Positions 7,635 to 14,839 of a stretch of DNA of 47,033 nt are shown here, piece after piece. The notes beneath the pieces were generated by a model that saw nothing but the letters and a program-made list of their open reading frames with translations, was not told the DNA's origin and did no database searches. Positions within the stretch are counted from its first letter, which is position 1; each line of letters starts with the position of its first letter. The position numbers and the translations under genes were made by a program. The DNA is from a virus. Location: positions 1 through 47,033 of IMG/VR virus record IMGVR_UViG_3300027985_000385; one strand, given 5' to 3'.

Positions 7635-7976
7635 CTAGAACGTACTGTCAAAAAACACTTTCGTTTCCTCTTCGCTCCGTATATCTACCCACTGATATCT
7701 ATCTCCTCTTCTTGCTCTGTTTACCACCACGCAATACGGGGCAACAAGCGCTCCAAATACAGATACTCTCTTAATGTAATTCGCGTATTCTTCCTCAGTG
7801 ATTGTAACAACGTCTATCCACCTGTCCTTTAGTGCTTTGCGTACGTCATCTATGGTGTTCATGTCACCTTCACCACAGTCGCGTTCGCAATTTCTAATAG
7901 CATCTTCTTCCGTAGCTCCTGGTTCATGCAAAAACCAAGTTTCTGAACCTCCGGCAGGTACTACTACAGCGTACAT
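7635..7976 (-). CDS. Hypothetical protein
   Basis: 113-aa ORF. Its translation-initiation region GAAGGAGAAAAGAAATG is identical to that at 7613. Confidence 0.6.
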   Translation of the reverse strand: MYAVVVPAGGSETWFLHEPGATEEDAIRNCERDCGEGDMNTIDDVRKALKDRWIDVVTITEEEYANYIKRVSVFGALVAPYCVVVNRARRGDRYQWVDIRSEEETKVFFDSTF

Positions 7977-8278
7977 TTCTTTTCTCCTTCCAGCACTTCG
8001 AGTGCAGCGTCTGCGATTATGCTTGGTGCAAAGACAGCATCAAGTAGCGCGTCGAAATAACTGCACGCTGGTGTTCCGTTGACTTCGATTTGTGTGACAA
8101 CTTTGCTTATTGAGCTTCTGTCTTGTATATGGCGCAGAACTTGCCGCAGGTCTGTAGGGTTTTCCCATGGATTCCAATCTTCGTGTAGTCCGCAAATTAC
8201 AATAAAGCCTTGGTCGTTTCTCCACACGTCGTGACCCATCGCCGCCGCCAGTCGCTCAATCTTCTGCTTGTCGCTCAT
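7964..8278 (-). CDS. Phage ABA-sandwich-domain-like protein (paralog 2 of 3)
   Basis: Trimmed to MSDKQKIERLAAAMGH..., with GGAGGGG 6 nt upstream. Family assignment is weak. Confidence 0.55.
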   Translation of the reverse strand: MSDKQKIERLAAAMGHDVWRNDQGFIVICGLHEDWNPWENPTDLRQVLRHIQDRSSISKVVTQIEVNGTPACSYFDALLDAVFAPSIIADAALEVLEGEKKCTL

Positions 8279-8328
8279 TTTACACCCCTCCGGATGATTC
8301 GGGCAGGCCATTGGCCCGGCACAGTTGT

Positions 8329-8347
8329 ATTGATGTTGGCAGGGTCA
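8329..8347. repeat. Cassette-flanking direct repeat, copy A (ATTGATGTTGGCAGGGTCA)
   Basis: 15 nt are exact (8329-8343 = 9233-9247), plus TCA after a 1-nt indel. Confidence 0.85.
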
Positions 8348-9028
8348 TATTTTATCATCTAAAAAACTTAACTGTTTGTGTCTTGTTTCTCCTATTCCAA
8401 TAAAACTTTTGAATGTCATATACGGTTTAAAAGTAACTGGAGATTTTTCATCGTTATCAATCATCCATTTAAATTTTTCTGGTTCCATTTCGCGCACCTT
8501 TTCAAGAGCCGCTCTACCTTGTTTTGGACATCGAACGCAACCCATACGCTTAAAATGTTTATATAGCGGATTCAAAAGCCCATGCTTAATGCAAAGTTCT
8601 CTTGCGTCGTTTTCAGAAAGTCCAAACTCTTTTAACAAAGACCTATTTGGTTTTAAAATTTTTCTGTTTTCATTTGTTGCAATGCCAATTAAAAAACATA
8701 TGTCTTGCCCTGAAAAATGTTTTTTCATTGGATCCCATTTCATAACACGTGCACAGGTTTTGTATGCAGTAAAAGGCCATCCATATATTGTTCCTACGTA
8801 TTTTCCTCTTGTTTTTTTCATAAAAAAATATTCTTCAAAAGATGGACCATCAATCATCACAACGCTCATTCCCATATAATCTTCAAAAGCTTCTTTAAGC
8901 TCTAATTCTTTCTTAAAAGGGTCTGGCATTACCGTGACTATTTCGTCAATATGTATTCCGTTATCTTTTGCTAAAATTCCTGTTGCCGTACTGTCTTTTC
9001 CAGCAGACCAGCATAAAACTGTTTTCAT
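8345..9028 (-). CDS. PAPS-reductase / PP-loop ATPase family protein
   Basis: 227 aa with an N-terminal WSAGKDS PP-loop and C-terminal Cys residues (GCVRCP). Strongly AT-rich compared with the backbone. Confidence 0.8.
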   Translation of the reverse strand: MKTVLCWSAGKDSTATGILAKDNGIHIDEIVTVMPDPFKKELELKEAFEDYMGMSVVMIDGPSFEEYFFMKKTRGKYVGTIYGWPFTAYKTCARVMKWDPMKKHFSGQDICFLIGIATNENRKILKPNRSLLKEFGLSENDARELCIKHGLLNPLYKHFKRMGCVRCPKQGRAALEKVREMEPEKFKWMIDNDEKSPVTFKPYMTFKSFIGIGETRHKQLSFLDDKI

Positions 9029-9216
9029 TTTTCAATCACCATACCAATAAAACTAAACAAAAACAGTAAAATTATCCATACACACATACCCACAGAACAT
9101 ATTGTGTCACATGCCTTGTATGAAATAATCCCAATATGCTCTGCGCACCCAGCTACAACACAAATGCATACTACAAACAATGTTATTGACATAAAATATA
9201 TATAGATTTTTTCCAC
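9025..9216 (-). CDS. Small Cys-rich membrane protein
   Basis: Track ORF trimmed to a GTG start 6 nt after AAGGAG. Two hydrophobic segments. Lies in the AT-rich cassette. Confidence 0.5.
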   Translation of the reverse strand: MEKIYIYFMSITLFVVCICVVAGCAEHIGIISYKACDTICSVGMCVWIILLFLFSFIGMVIEK

Positions 9217-9232
9217 ATCTTTCTCCTTTCGC

Positions 9233-9250
9233 ATTGATGTTGGCAGGTCA
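9233..9250. repeat. Cassette-flanking direct repeat, copy B (ATTGATGTTGGCAGGTCA)
   Basis: Matches 8329-8347 apart from one missing G. Confidence 0.85.
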
Positions 9251-9259
9251 CAGCATGAC

Positions 9260-9502
9260 CTAATTCTTGACCATGTACTCGCTCAACGGGTAAGGCATTG
9301 TAGTCGCTGCTCGATATCGCGCCTCATATGCAGACTTAGTGTTACCATCAAGCATAGATTGGTGGTATTCCCAGATCATATAGGCCCCCGGTGCCTTCTT
9401 GGATACAAGCTCATCTGCAATCGCTGCTGCGGTACTATGGTCGCGATCTGCAGATGCTGTGACAAGCTTTGCCCACAATTGCGAGGTATTAACATTTCTC
9501 AT
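9260..9502 (-). CDS. Hypothetical protein
   Basis: Trimmed to MRNVNTSQLW..., with GGAGG 5 nt upstream. Overlaps the stop of the upstream gene. Confidence 0.55.
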   Translation of the reverse strand: MRNVNTSQLWAKLVTASADRDHSTAAAIADELVSKKAPGAYMIWEYHQSMLDGNTKSAYEARYRAATTMPYPLSEYMVKN

Positions 9503-9992
9503 TTCCGCCTCCAAGCGCAAGCAGGTGACTGCATTCAAGTGCGTTTGCTATAACCTTGTCATTAACCAAGTAGCTTTCAACAAAATCCCGTTTCATCCAT
9601 TTGAGATTGTCTTCTAAGCAAGAGCACAGCGCATTCCACCCTCCAACAGTGCGCAGAGCATCCGCTGACGGTCCAGTGATCACTGGTTGATTATACCGAC
9701 CATGCTTAGACACCAAGGCAAGCACTGTTTCCCACGCGGATTCTGCTTCGAGCTTTTTATCTTCTTCCGTGTTTCCAGTAATGGAGTTGATTTCTTTTTG
9801 CAGCACTGCAAATGGTGGCATCGTCTTGAACGTGTACGTTTCGATGACGCGCTTGCATGCATGCTCAACGATAGACGCAGAGTGTTCTTTAAGGCACAAC
9901 ATCCAAAACTTTTGCAACTCTGCGCTCATCTTGGCCCCGAAGTTTTCCGATAGGATCATGATTGCAGTGAGTTTGCGCTGAGCCTCGGTCAT
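9489..9992 (-). CDS. Replication accessory protein, helicase-loader-like (G39P-type resemblance)
   Basis: 167 aa immediately downstream of the initiator gene. The N-terminal helical region ends ...TYTFKTMPPFAVLQKEI. The function is a positional and motif guess. Confidence 0.5.
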   Translation of the reverse strand: MTEAQRKLTAIMILSENFGAKMSAELQKFWMLCLKEHSASIVEHACKRVIETYTFKTMPPFAVLQKEINSITGNTEEDKKLEAESAWETVLALVSKHGRYNQPVITGPSADALRTVGGWNALCSCLEDNLKWMKRDFVESYLVNDKVIANALECSHLLALGGGNEKC

Positions 9993-10816
9993 ATCCTTCC
10001 CTCCGCTTCAAGCTCGGCAAGAGCCTGTAATCCGTTCCGCATGTTTTCGTCCCAATGGCTGTCCGATTTATGCTTGCGCTCTGACTTGGACATAGCTGCA
10101 AAGATGTTCTGGAATTTTGTCAGGCCATTGCTCTTGCTTGGCTTCCTGAGCTGTGCAAGGCTAATTGCGTTTTTCATCCAGAAGTCATCCCTTACTGCCC
10201 ACTGCATAACTCCACGAATCTGGTCGAGTGTGAACCCGTCAATTCGTATCAGCTTTTCAACCGTATCCAACGACTGTGAGCGTATATTTTTTCCTTTTGG
10301 GGCCATTGAACCACAGTTACTTTCGACATAGCCTATAAACGCATCCACGAACTCGCAGAGTTCCGTGGGATATGTCTTAGTGTCTTTATTCTCTTCTACT
10401 CTTCTCTCCTCTCCTCTAGCGTTCGGTTGCGTTCGGTTGCGTTCGGTTGCGTTCGTTTTCTGTTTTTCTCGCCACGCTTTTGCACGTTCTGCGCTTCCAT
10501 CTTCACGTTTTGGTTGACGTTTTTCCCAATTTACTATTTTCCAATTGAGAAGCATCTCCTTTTCTTCAAGTGCGGAAATGATCTTCTGTGTTGCCCCGTC
10601 TGCAAGACCAAGAACAGCATCGGACGATTCGCAATCAAAACCATCAACCATTCCGCGTTCGGTTGCGTTCGGTTGCGTTCGGCTATCTTCAAGTGCCCTC
10701 TCTAGCAAGATGGCCCACACTGCAATCACTGCTGCTACATTCTGCCCAGACTTACGGGCGACCACCAAAAACTTAGGGTCTGATACAGTCCCTGCATACC
10801 AGCGCAGCCATTGCAT
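9989..10816 (-). CDS. Replication initiator / replisome organiser-like protein
   Basis: 275 aa. N-terminus MQWLRWYAGTVSDPKFLVVARK...VIAVWAILLE...NWEKRQ. Contains two internal iteron arrays. Confidence 0.75.
   Translation of the reverse strand: MQWLRWYAGTVSDPKFLVVARKSGQNVAAVIAVWAILLERALEDSRTQPNATERGMVDGFDCESSDAVLGLADGATQKIISALEEKEMLLNWKIVNWEKRQPKREDGSAERAKAWREKQKTNATERNRTQPNARGEERRVEENKDTKTYPTELCEFVDAFIGYVESNCGSMAPKGKNIRSQSLDTVEKLIRIDGFTLDQIRGVMQWAVRDDFWMKNAISLAQLRKPSKSNGLTKFQNIFAAMSKSERKHKSDSHWDENMRNGLQALAELEAEGRI
10419..10455. repeat. Iteron array 1 (GCGTTCGGTT x3.7), candidate replication origin
   Basis: Three perfect 10-bp units plus a 7-nt partial unit. Adjacent polypyrimidine tract at 10391-10417. 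Confidence 0.85.
10655..10684. repeat. Iteron array 2 (GCGTTCGGTT x3, last unit GCGTTCGGCT)
   Basis: Same 10-mer, 236 bp from array 1, in the same orientation. Confidence 0.85.
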
Positions 10817-10819
10817 AGA

Positions 10820-10972
10820 TTACCCCTTTTTTACCTTTGGGGTGTCCCAATACGGGGATTTGCACTTAGGGCACATGCGAACATCAGCCGCTGGCTTTCT
10901 TGGGTGCCACTCGTGTTTGCACCTTTGGCATTGAATAAAAATGACCTCAACGGTCTTAAAGACATCGCTCAA
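10820..10972 (-). CDS. Zinc-ribbon protein (50 aa, TTG start)
   Basis: Not in the track. GGAGG lies 5 nt before the TTG. ...CQRCKHEWHPRKPAADVRMCPKCKSPYWDTP... has a two-CxxC layout. Confidence 0.5.
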   Translation of the reverse strand: MSDVFKTVEVIFIQCQRCKHEWHPRKPAADVRMCPKCKSPYWDTPKVKKG

Positions 10973-11037
10973 AATTACCTCCTATGTTGACCTTGTAGGT
11001 AAGTTTTCCCACAAAACGACAGTCCAGTCAAGCACGA

Positions 11038-11268
11038 TCATGCGCATTCTCCATCTGCCCATGCTATAAATTTTGCAACCGCTCTGTCGCGTGCATCGTA
11101 GTTCATCAACTCTCTCCATCCAAACCTGTCGTTGTAATAGTAATCTATCCTCCAGGTAGCTGTTCCAGAGAATATCACTCCTGTCGGACATAATGGGTTT
11201 TTGAGCGGGTGGAATACTCGGCACTCTCTTCCGCTCGACGCCTTGAATACGAATGGTTTGCAGATCAT
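11038..11268 (-). CDS. Hypothetical protein
   Basis: Track ORF 11038..11481 trimmed to the ATG 7 nt after the MTase stop. Weak RBS. Confidence 0.4.
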   Translation of the reverse strand: MICKPFVFKASSGRECRVFHPLKNPLCPTGVIFSGTATWRIDYYYNDRFGWRELMNYDARDRAVAKFIAWADGECA

Positions 11269-11275
11269 TTTGACT

Positions 11276-11869
11276 CTATTTGCAATTCGATTTAAAAACT
11301 GCATTTGCAAATCCAATAGGTGTTTCACTCCTAAGGTTTGCCCTGTTTTCACTCGGTGGAAGCAAGTGCATTTTGCTACCCAAAGTTGGTTCAACTGGAT
11401 CTTTCGGAGGCATGTTAAACCCTCCCCCCGTCCATAGGCAGGTCCGCTTGGTGTACGGGTCACCGTAGTCGCAGGGATCAAAAGTATAGTCCGGTTTGCG
11501 CCAGTATGTAGAAACCGTGCTCACTGGGTTTTCGATGATATATGGCGCACCGCACCACTCTGCTATGCGCACAGATACGTCAAAAAGACGTAGCGCACGC
11601 CAAAGGGCACCTATTCCCTTATCTTTGAACCATCGTGCGCCACTTACGGCCACGTCCGTGCAGGGCGGGAAAAATGCGGCAAATGCTATTGGACCACTCG
11701 GCGGCATCCAATCCAGCATGTTGACACCCACACGGACGATATTACCTTCACGAGTTTCTCCTGCAGGGTGCTGCAAATCAACGCAATAGCAGGTATAGCC
11801 AGCTTCGGCCCACGGCTTGACCATGTTAGTACTGTAGTCGAAACAAGAAATTACAATATCTTTGTTCAT
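11276..11869 (-). CDS. Compact DNA (cytosine-5) methyltransferase-like protein
   Basis: 197 aa with FFPPC (motif IV), IIENP (motif VI) and GFANAV (motif X-like). Too short to hold a normal target-recognition domain. Confidence 0.65.
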   Translation of the reverse strand: MNKDIVISCFDYSTNMVKPWAEAGYTCYCVDLQHPAGETREGNIVRVGVNMLDWMPPSGPIAFAAFFPPCTDVAVSGARWFKDKGIGALWRALRLFDVSVRIAEWCGAPYIIENPVSTVSTYWRKPDYTFDPCDYGDPYTKRTCLWTGGGFNMPPKDPVEPTLGSKMHLLPPSENRANLRSETPIGFANAVFKSNCK

Positions 11870-11991
11870 TTGTGTTTATCCTTTATTTGTCCAACGATTC
11901 TTATCTCTTTATCAGGACAGATTACTGAAATCGCAACGATGATCAGCGCAGCGCATATCAAACCAAACAGATAGTAAAATTCTATCGGCAT
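11866..11991 (-). CDS. Small single-pass membrane protein (41 aa)
   Basis: Not in the track. AAGGAG lies 7 nt before the ATG. MPIEFYYLFGLICAALIIVAISVIC... TGA overlaps the MTase ATG. Confidence 0.45.
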   Translation of the reverse strand: MPIEFYYLFGLICAALIIVAISVICPDKEIRIVGQIKDKHK

Positions 11992-12012
11992 CTTGCGTCT
12001 CCTTCTGGTTGT

Positions 12013-12345
12013 TTAAAATGCGATCTCATATCCAAGCCCTAGTGACTCACCAGCTGCTGTGATCTGCAGGTCTGAATATAACACCCAGTCAACGTTTTCG
12101 GTGTGCGAGTCTTGTTCTGGCGCACTCTTAACACGCGATTCATTTCCGCAATTTCGAGAGCAAAAAATTTGGGCTGCGTATTTTTTTCTAAATGATCTTC
12201 CACACTGTGGACACACAGTAGACATGTTATTGAAATTGTATTCCATTTCGCATCTTCTGCTGCAAAATTTCCCGCGCCCACTGGAGAGTCTGCTTGGCTT
12301 GGCGTAAAAATCTTTTTTACACTGTCTGCACTTAACTGTCGGCAT
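12013..12345 (-). CDS. Zn-finger protein (tandem CxxC...CSRxC modules); paralog of 18693..19016
   Basis: CRQCKKDF...FCSRRC and CPQCGRSF...FCSRNC. Confidence 0.6.
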   Translation of the reverse strand: MPTVKCRQCKKDFYAKPSRLSSGRGKFCSRRCEMEYNFNNMSTVCPQCGRSFRKKYAAQIFCSRNCGNESRVKSAPEQDSHTENVDWVLYSDLQITAAGESLGLGYEIAF

Positions 12346-12556
12346 CACTTTGTCCTGTTTTCGCGTAGATTGTCGGGGCTATCTTCTCCAGAGTTTCCAG
12401 AGACATCCCCTGTCGTTCGGCCATAAACTCTCGCAGCGTTGACTGCGATACCCCTGCCGAAAGCGAAAGCGCGTGAATCGTCTTGCCATGTGTGATCAGG
12501 TATTCGGCAATGGATGCGCGCACATCGCTGTTTGTTGGTGGATATGTTTTGTTCAT
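12332..12556 (-). CDS. HTH (Cro/CI-type) transcriptional regulator, probably on a leaderless mRNA
   Basis: Trimmed to MNKTYPPTNSD... HTH segment LSLSAGVSQSTLREFMAERQ. No SD. The ATG lies 7 nt after the -10 box. Confidence 0.75.
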   Translation of the reverse strand: MNKTYPPTNSDVRASIAEYLITHGKTIHALSLSAGVSQSTLREFMAERQGMSLETLEKIAPTIYAKTGQSDADS

Positions 12557-12563
12557 GGGTGTG

Positions 12564-12592
12564 AATATATCAATATGCACAATGCAAGTCAA
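12564..12592 (-). promoter_or_regulatory. Leftward early promoter
   Basis: On the minus strand: TTGACT, 17-nt spacer, TATATT preceded by TGA (extended -10). Confidence 0.6.
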
Positions 12593-12615
12593 CACAAAAA
12601 AGTTTCGGAAAAGAG

Positions 12616-12643
12616 TTGACAGCGTTCTGTGTTTTGATATTCT
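12616..12643 (+). promoter_or_regulatory. Rightward early promoter
   Basis: TTGACA (12616-12621), 16-nt spacer, TATTCT (12638-12643) preceded by TGA (extended -10). Back-to-back with the leftward promoter. Confidence 0.6.
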
Positions 12644-12649
12644 GTCATC

Positions 12650-12943
12650 AACACGAACGGAAACAGACACCGCCGAGTAGGCCCACGGGCTGAACAGGTA
12701 GACGAGAACGGGAGTGTGGCCTCCTGAGGCGTAGCGAGGAGTTGAACGAGATCCAGACCTAACGCGATGGACGACAAGTAAACACCCTAGACCGAACCTC
12801 GGAACGGAGGAGTATTAAAACAGGTTCCCGCTTTGCGGTCCTGTCGGGATGGTCCCGGTAGGAATCCTACTAGAACGGGCCCCGTGGAATAGGTCTGCGG
12901 CGGCTCCGCAAGGCGGGAATCAATTGACAACTAGGAGGACGAC
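12650..12943 (+). other. Long structured untranslated leader / candidate cis-regulatory RNA
   Basis: About 290 nt between the predicted TSS and the first RBS/ATG (12944), with no ORF carrying an RBS. Five consecutive short GC-rich hairpins at 12821-12910 and more helices upstream. Confidence 0.35.
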
Positions 12944-13117
12944 ATGAAGATGCTTACCCCGAACATAGAGAGCGAGATGCTGCGCAGGACGCGGCGTCGT
13001 GAGTTTCGGTTCGTAGATTGGTATTTTGAAAACGAAGATTCCATTTGGACAACCACACTTTTTGTTGGAGTAGGCGTTTACCTTGTTGTCAGATACTTTT
13101 TTATGGGAGGTTTGTAA
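12944..13117 (+). CDS. Small membrane protein (57 aa)
   Basis: Not in the track. AGGAGG (12933-12938) lies 5 nt before the ATG. C-terminal TM segment TTTLFVGVGVYLVVRYFF. Confidence 0.5.
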   Translation: MKMLTPNIESEMLRRTRRREFRFVDWYFENEDSIWTTTLFVGVGVYLVVRYFFMGGL

Positions 13118-13118
13118 C

Positions 13119-13370
13119 ATGGGATTCCACGCAGTCGCAGAATACTACCCCGGAAACACCGACGACCTGCATCCTGATGAGGTGTCGTGGTTTACGAGCG
13201 AAGAAGAGGCCATCGCATGGGCCAAGTCCGCGGTAGACGAGAGCGGCAGCCGCGCACTGGTGCTCAAGCTTGAGGCAGAGTTCGAGGCCGCAGCCCGGAG
13301 CCCTGAGAGTGTGTACGGCGTCCGTCCCGGAGTTGACTTCCCGGCCACGCTGGGACGGAGGGTTGCGTAA
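13119..13370 (+). CDS. Hypothetical protein
   Basis: Track ORF trimmed to ATG 13119 after GGGAGG (13105-13110). Confidence 0.6.
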   Translation: MGFHAVAEYYPGNTDDLHPDEVSWFTSEEEAIAWAKSAVDESGSRALVLKLEAEFEAAARSPESVYGVRPGVDFPATLGRRVA

Positions 13371-13624
13371 TGCATGTGAAAGAGTGCGACACGTGGGGGA
13401 CGCTCTGCATCATCAACGATGATGGAAACCACGTTGCCGAGATGGTTGCCAAGTTTCGCGACGACAAGGGGACAGCGCAGAAAATGGCTGCAGCGCAGAA
13501 GATGTACGAGGCACTGGAAAAAGTTTCGGACTGGTTCGGTAAACTTGAAGATTGGTCTGGTGTTGGGGATCCCGATATTGACGCAATTTCCGATGCCATC
13601 CGCAAGGCGCGGGGCGAGGAGTAA
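13370..13624 (+). CDS. Hypothetical protein
   Basis: 84 aa with a TAATG overlap with the upstream gene. Confidence 0.6.
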   Translation: MHVKECDTWGTLCIINDDGNHVAEMVAKFRDDKGTAQKMAAAQKMYEALEKVSDWFGKLEDWSGVGDPDIDAISDAIRKARGEE

Positions 13625-13627
13625 CCC

Positions 13628-13918
13628 ATGCAACCCATGACCATAGAACGTGCCGCCGAAATCTTCGGCCACATCTGTTCTACGTTCCCAGAATCGTCAC
13701 GCGACAGGCTTGAACGGCTGATGCAGGTGAACCAAGCATTCAGATTGGCTGTGTTTCATGTGGCTGCGGAATCCGATCTGGAACACGCAAACTGCATGCT
13801 TGAACAGGCTCTTGCAGACAAGAAGGAGTTGCGCGTACGTGCCCACAAACTTGCAAACGATCTGCAGGCTGAATATGGGCGTGGATATGCGGATGGACTG
13901 GAAGAAGGCGGACAGTAG
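13628..13918 (+). CDS. Hypothetical protein
   Basis: 96 aa. GAGGAG lies 6 nt upstream. Confidence 0.6.
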   Translation: MQPMTIERAAEIFGHICSTFPESSRDRLERLMQVNQAFRLAVFHVAAESDLEHANCMLEQALADKKELRVRAHKLANDLQAEYGRGYADGLEEGGQ

Positions 13919-13920
13919 CC

Positions 13921-14124
13921 ATGTGGACGATACCGGGCACACATCCGCCAGCATGCGGCATATACCCAGACATGAGCGATGAGGAAGTTCTTCACTGCAC
14001 GCCTGAATTTTCAGACTACCAGCTATGCCCAGCACCGTCTGTAATGGGCGGTATGGACAGCGAATGGGAAAACTACGGAGGAGATGAAGATGGCGATAAA
14101 GCCGATTACTGCGCAATCTGCTGA
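13921..14124 (+). CDS. Hypothetical acidic protein
   Basis: 67-aa ORF. Overlaps the next gene by 35 nt. Confidence 0.45.
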   Translation: MWTIPGTHPPACGIYPDMSDEEVLHCTPEFSDYQLCPAPSVMGGMDSEWENYGGDEDGDKADYCAIC

Positions 14125-14839
14125 CCGTATGACATGCCTCGTTATTGGCGGATTCGGCAAGGGCAAGACAAGCCTGTTGCGTACAATACCGGAGAATCAG
14201 GACGTATTCGTCGTGTCGGCAGAAAGCGGATTGTTGTGCGTGCGCGATCTGGTTGTATCTGGGCGTATTCAGGGGTGCGAGGTGTCCACGTTCGCAGACA
14301 TGAAGGATGTTTACCGGATGCTCGTCAGCCCTGACCACATTAAGCGGTTCAAGTGGGTGTTTGTGGATTCCCTGACAGAGATAGCTTCTCGCTGTGTGGA
14401 GGCTCTTAAAAAGGAATATCCGAACGGCAAAGACGCCATCAAAATGTGGGGTGTCTATAGCGAACGCATGACAGGGCTCATCAAGGCTTTTCGCGACATC
14501 CCAAACTACAACGTAGTGTTTACTGCACTGGATACCGTTTCACAGGACGAGAACAACCGCCGGTACATCGAGGCAAGCATACAGGGACAGCGCGTCAAGG
14601 AGATGTTGCCATCATATTTCGATGAGGTGTTCTACCTCGAAATCGTCAAGGACGAAGACGGCAACGACGTACGCCGCCTTGTAACTCAGCCTATTGAAAA
14701 TCTTCCCGCGAAAGATAGGAGCGGTATGTTAAAGACGTATGAGCCTCCGGATTTGGCTTCCATTGCAACAAAGATCATGACCGCTGGGAAGATGAACCTC
14801 AACAGCAAAAAAATGAAGCAGGAGGAATACCATGCTTGA
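14090..14839 (+). CDS. Sak4-like RecA-fold ATPase (AAA_24-type)
   Basis: Walker A GGFGKGKTS and Walker B-like WVFVDSLTE. GGAGGAG RBS. Confidence 0.8.
   Translation: MAIKPITAQSADRMTCLVIGGFGKGKTSLLRTIPENQDVFVVSAESGLLCVRDLVVSGRIQGCEVSTFADMKDVYRMLVSPDHIKRFKWVFVDSLTEIASRCVEALKKEYPNGKDAIKMWGVYSERMTGLIKAFRDIPNYNVVFTALDTVSQDENNRRYIEASIQGQRVKEMLPSYFDEVFYLEIVKDEDGNDVRRLVTQPIENLPAKDRSGMLKTYEPPDLASIATKIMTAGKMNLNSKKMKQEEYHA

Noticed and set aside
10982-11481. ORFs 10982..11224 and the full-length 11038..11481
   Set aside because: The 147-aa form overlaps the C5-MTase-like gene by about 200 nt in another frame. Only its distal 76 codons, starting 7 nt after the MTase stop, are kept, at low confidence. 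10982..11224 is an alternative frame of the same stretch with no RBS.
13145-14338. Long minus-strand ORFs 13145..13672, 13264..13674 and 13697..14338 (136-213 aa)
   Set aside because: They lie antisense to a tightly packed, RBS-led plus-strand gene series. They lack RBSs and have Arg/Ser/Pro/Leu/His-rich, low-complexity-like composition typical of shadow ORFs in GC-rich coding DNA.
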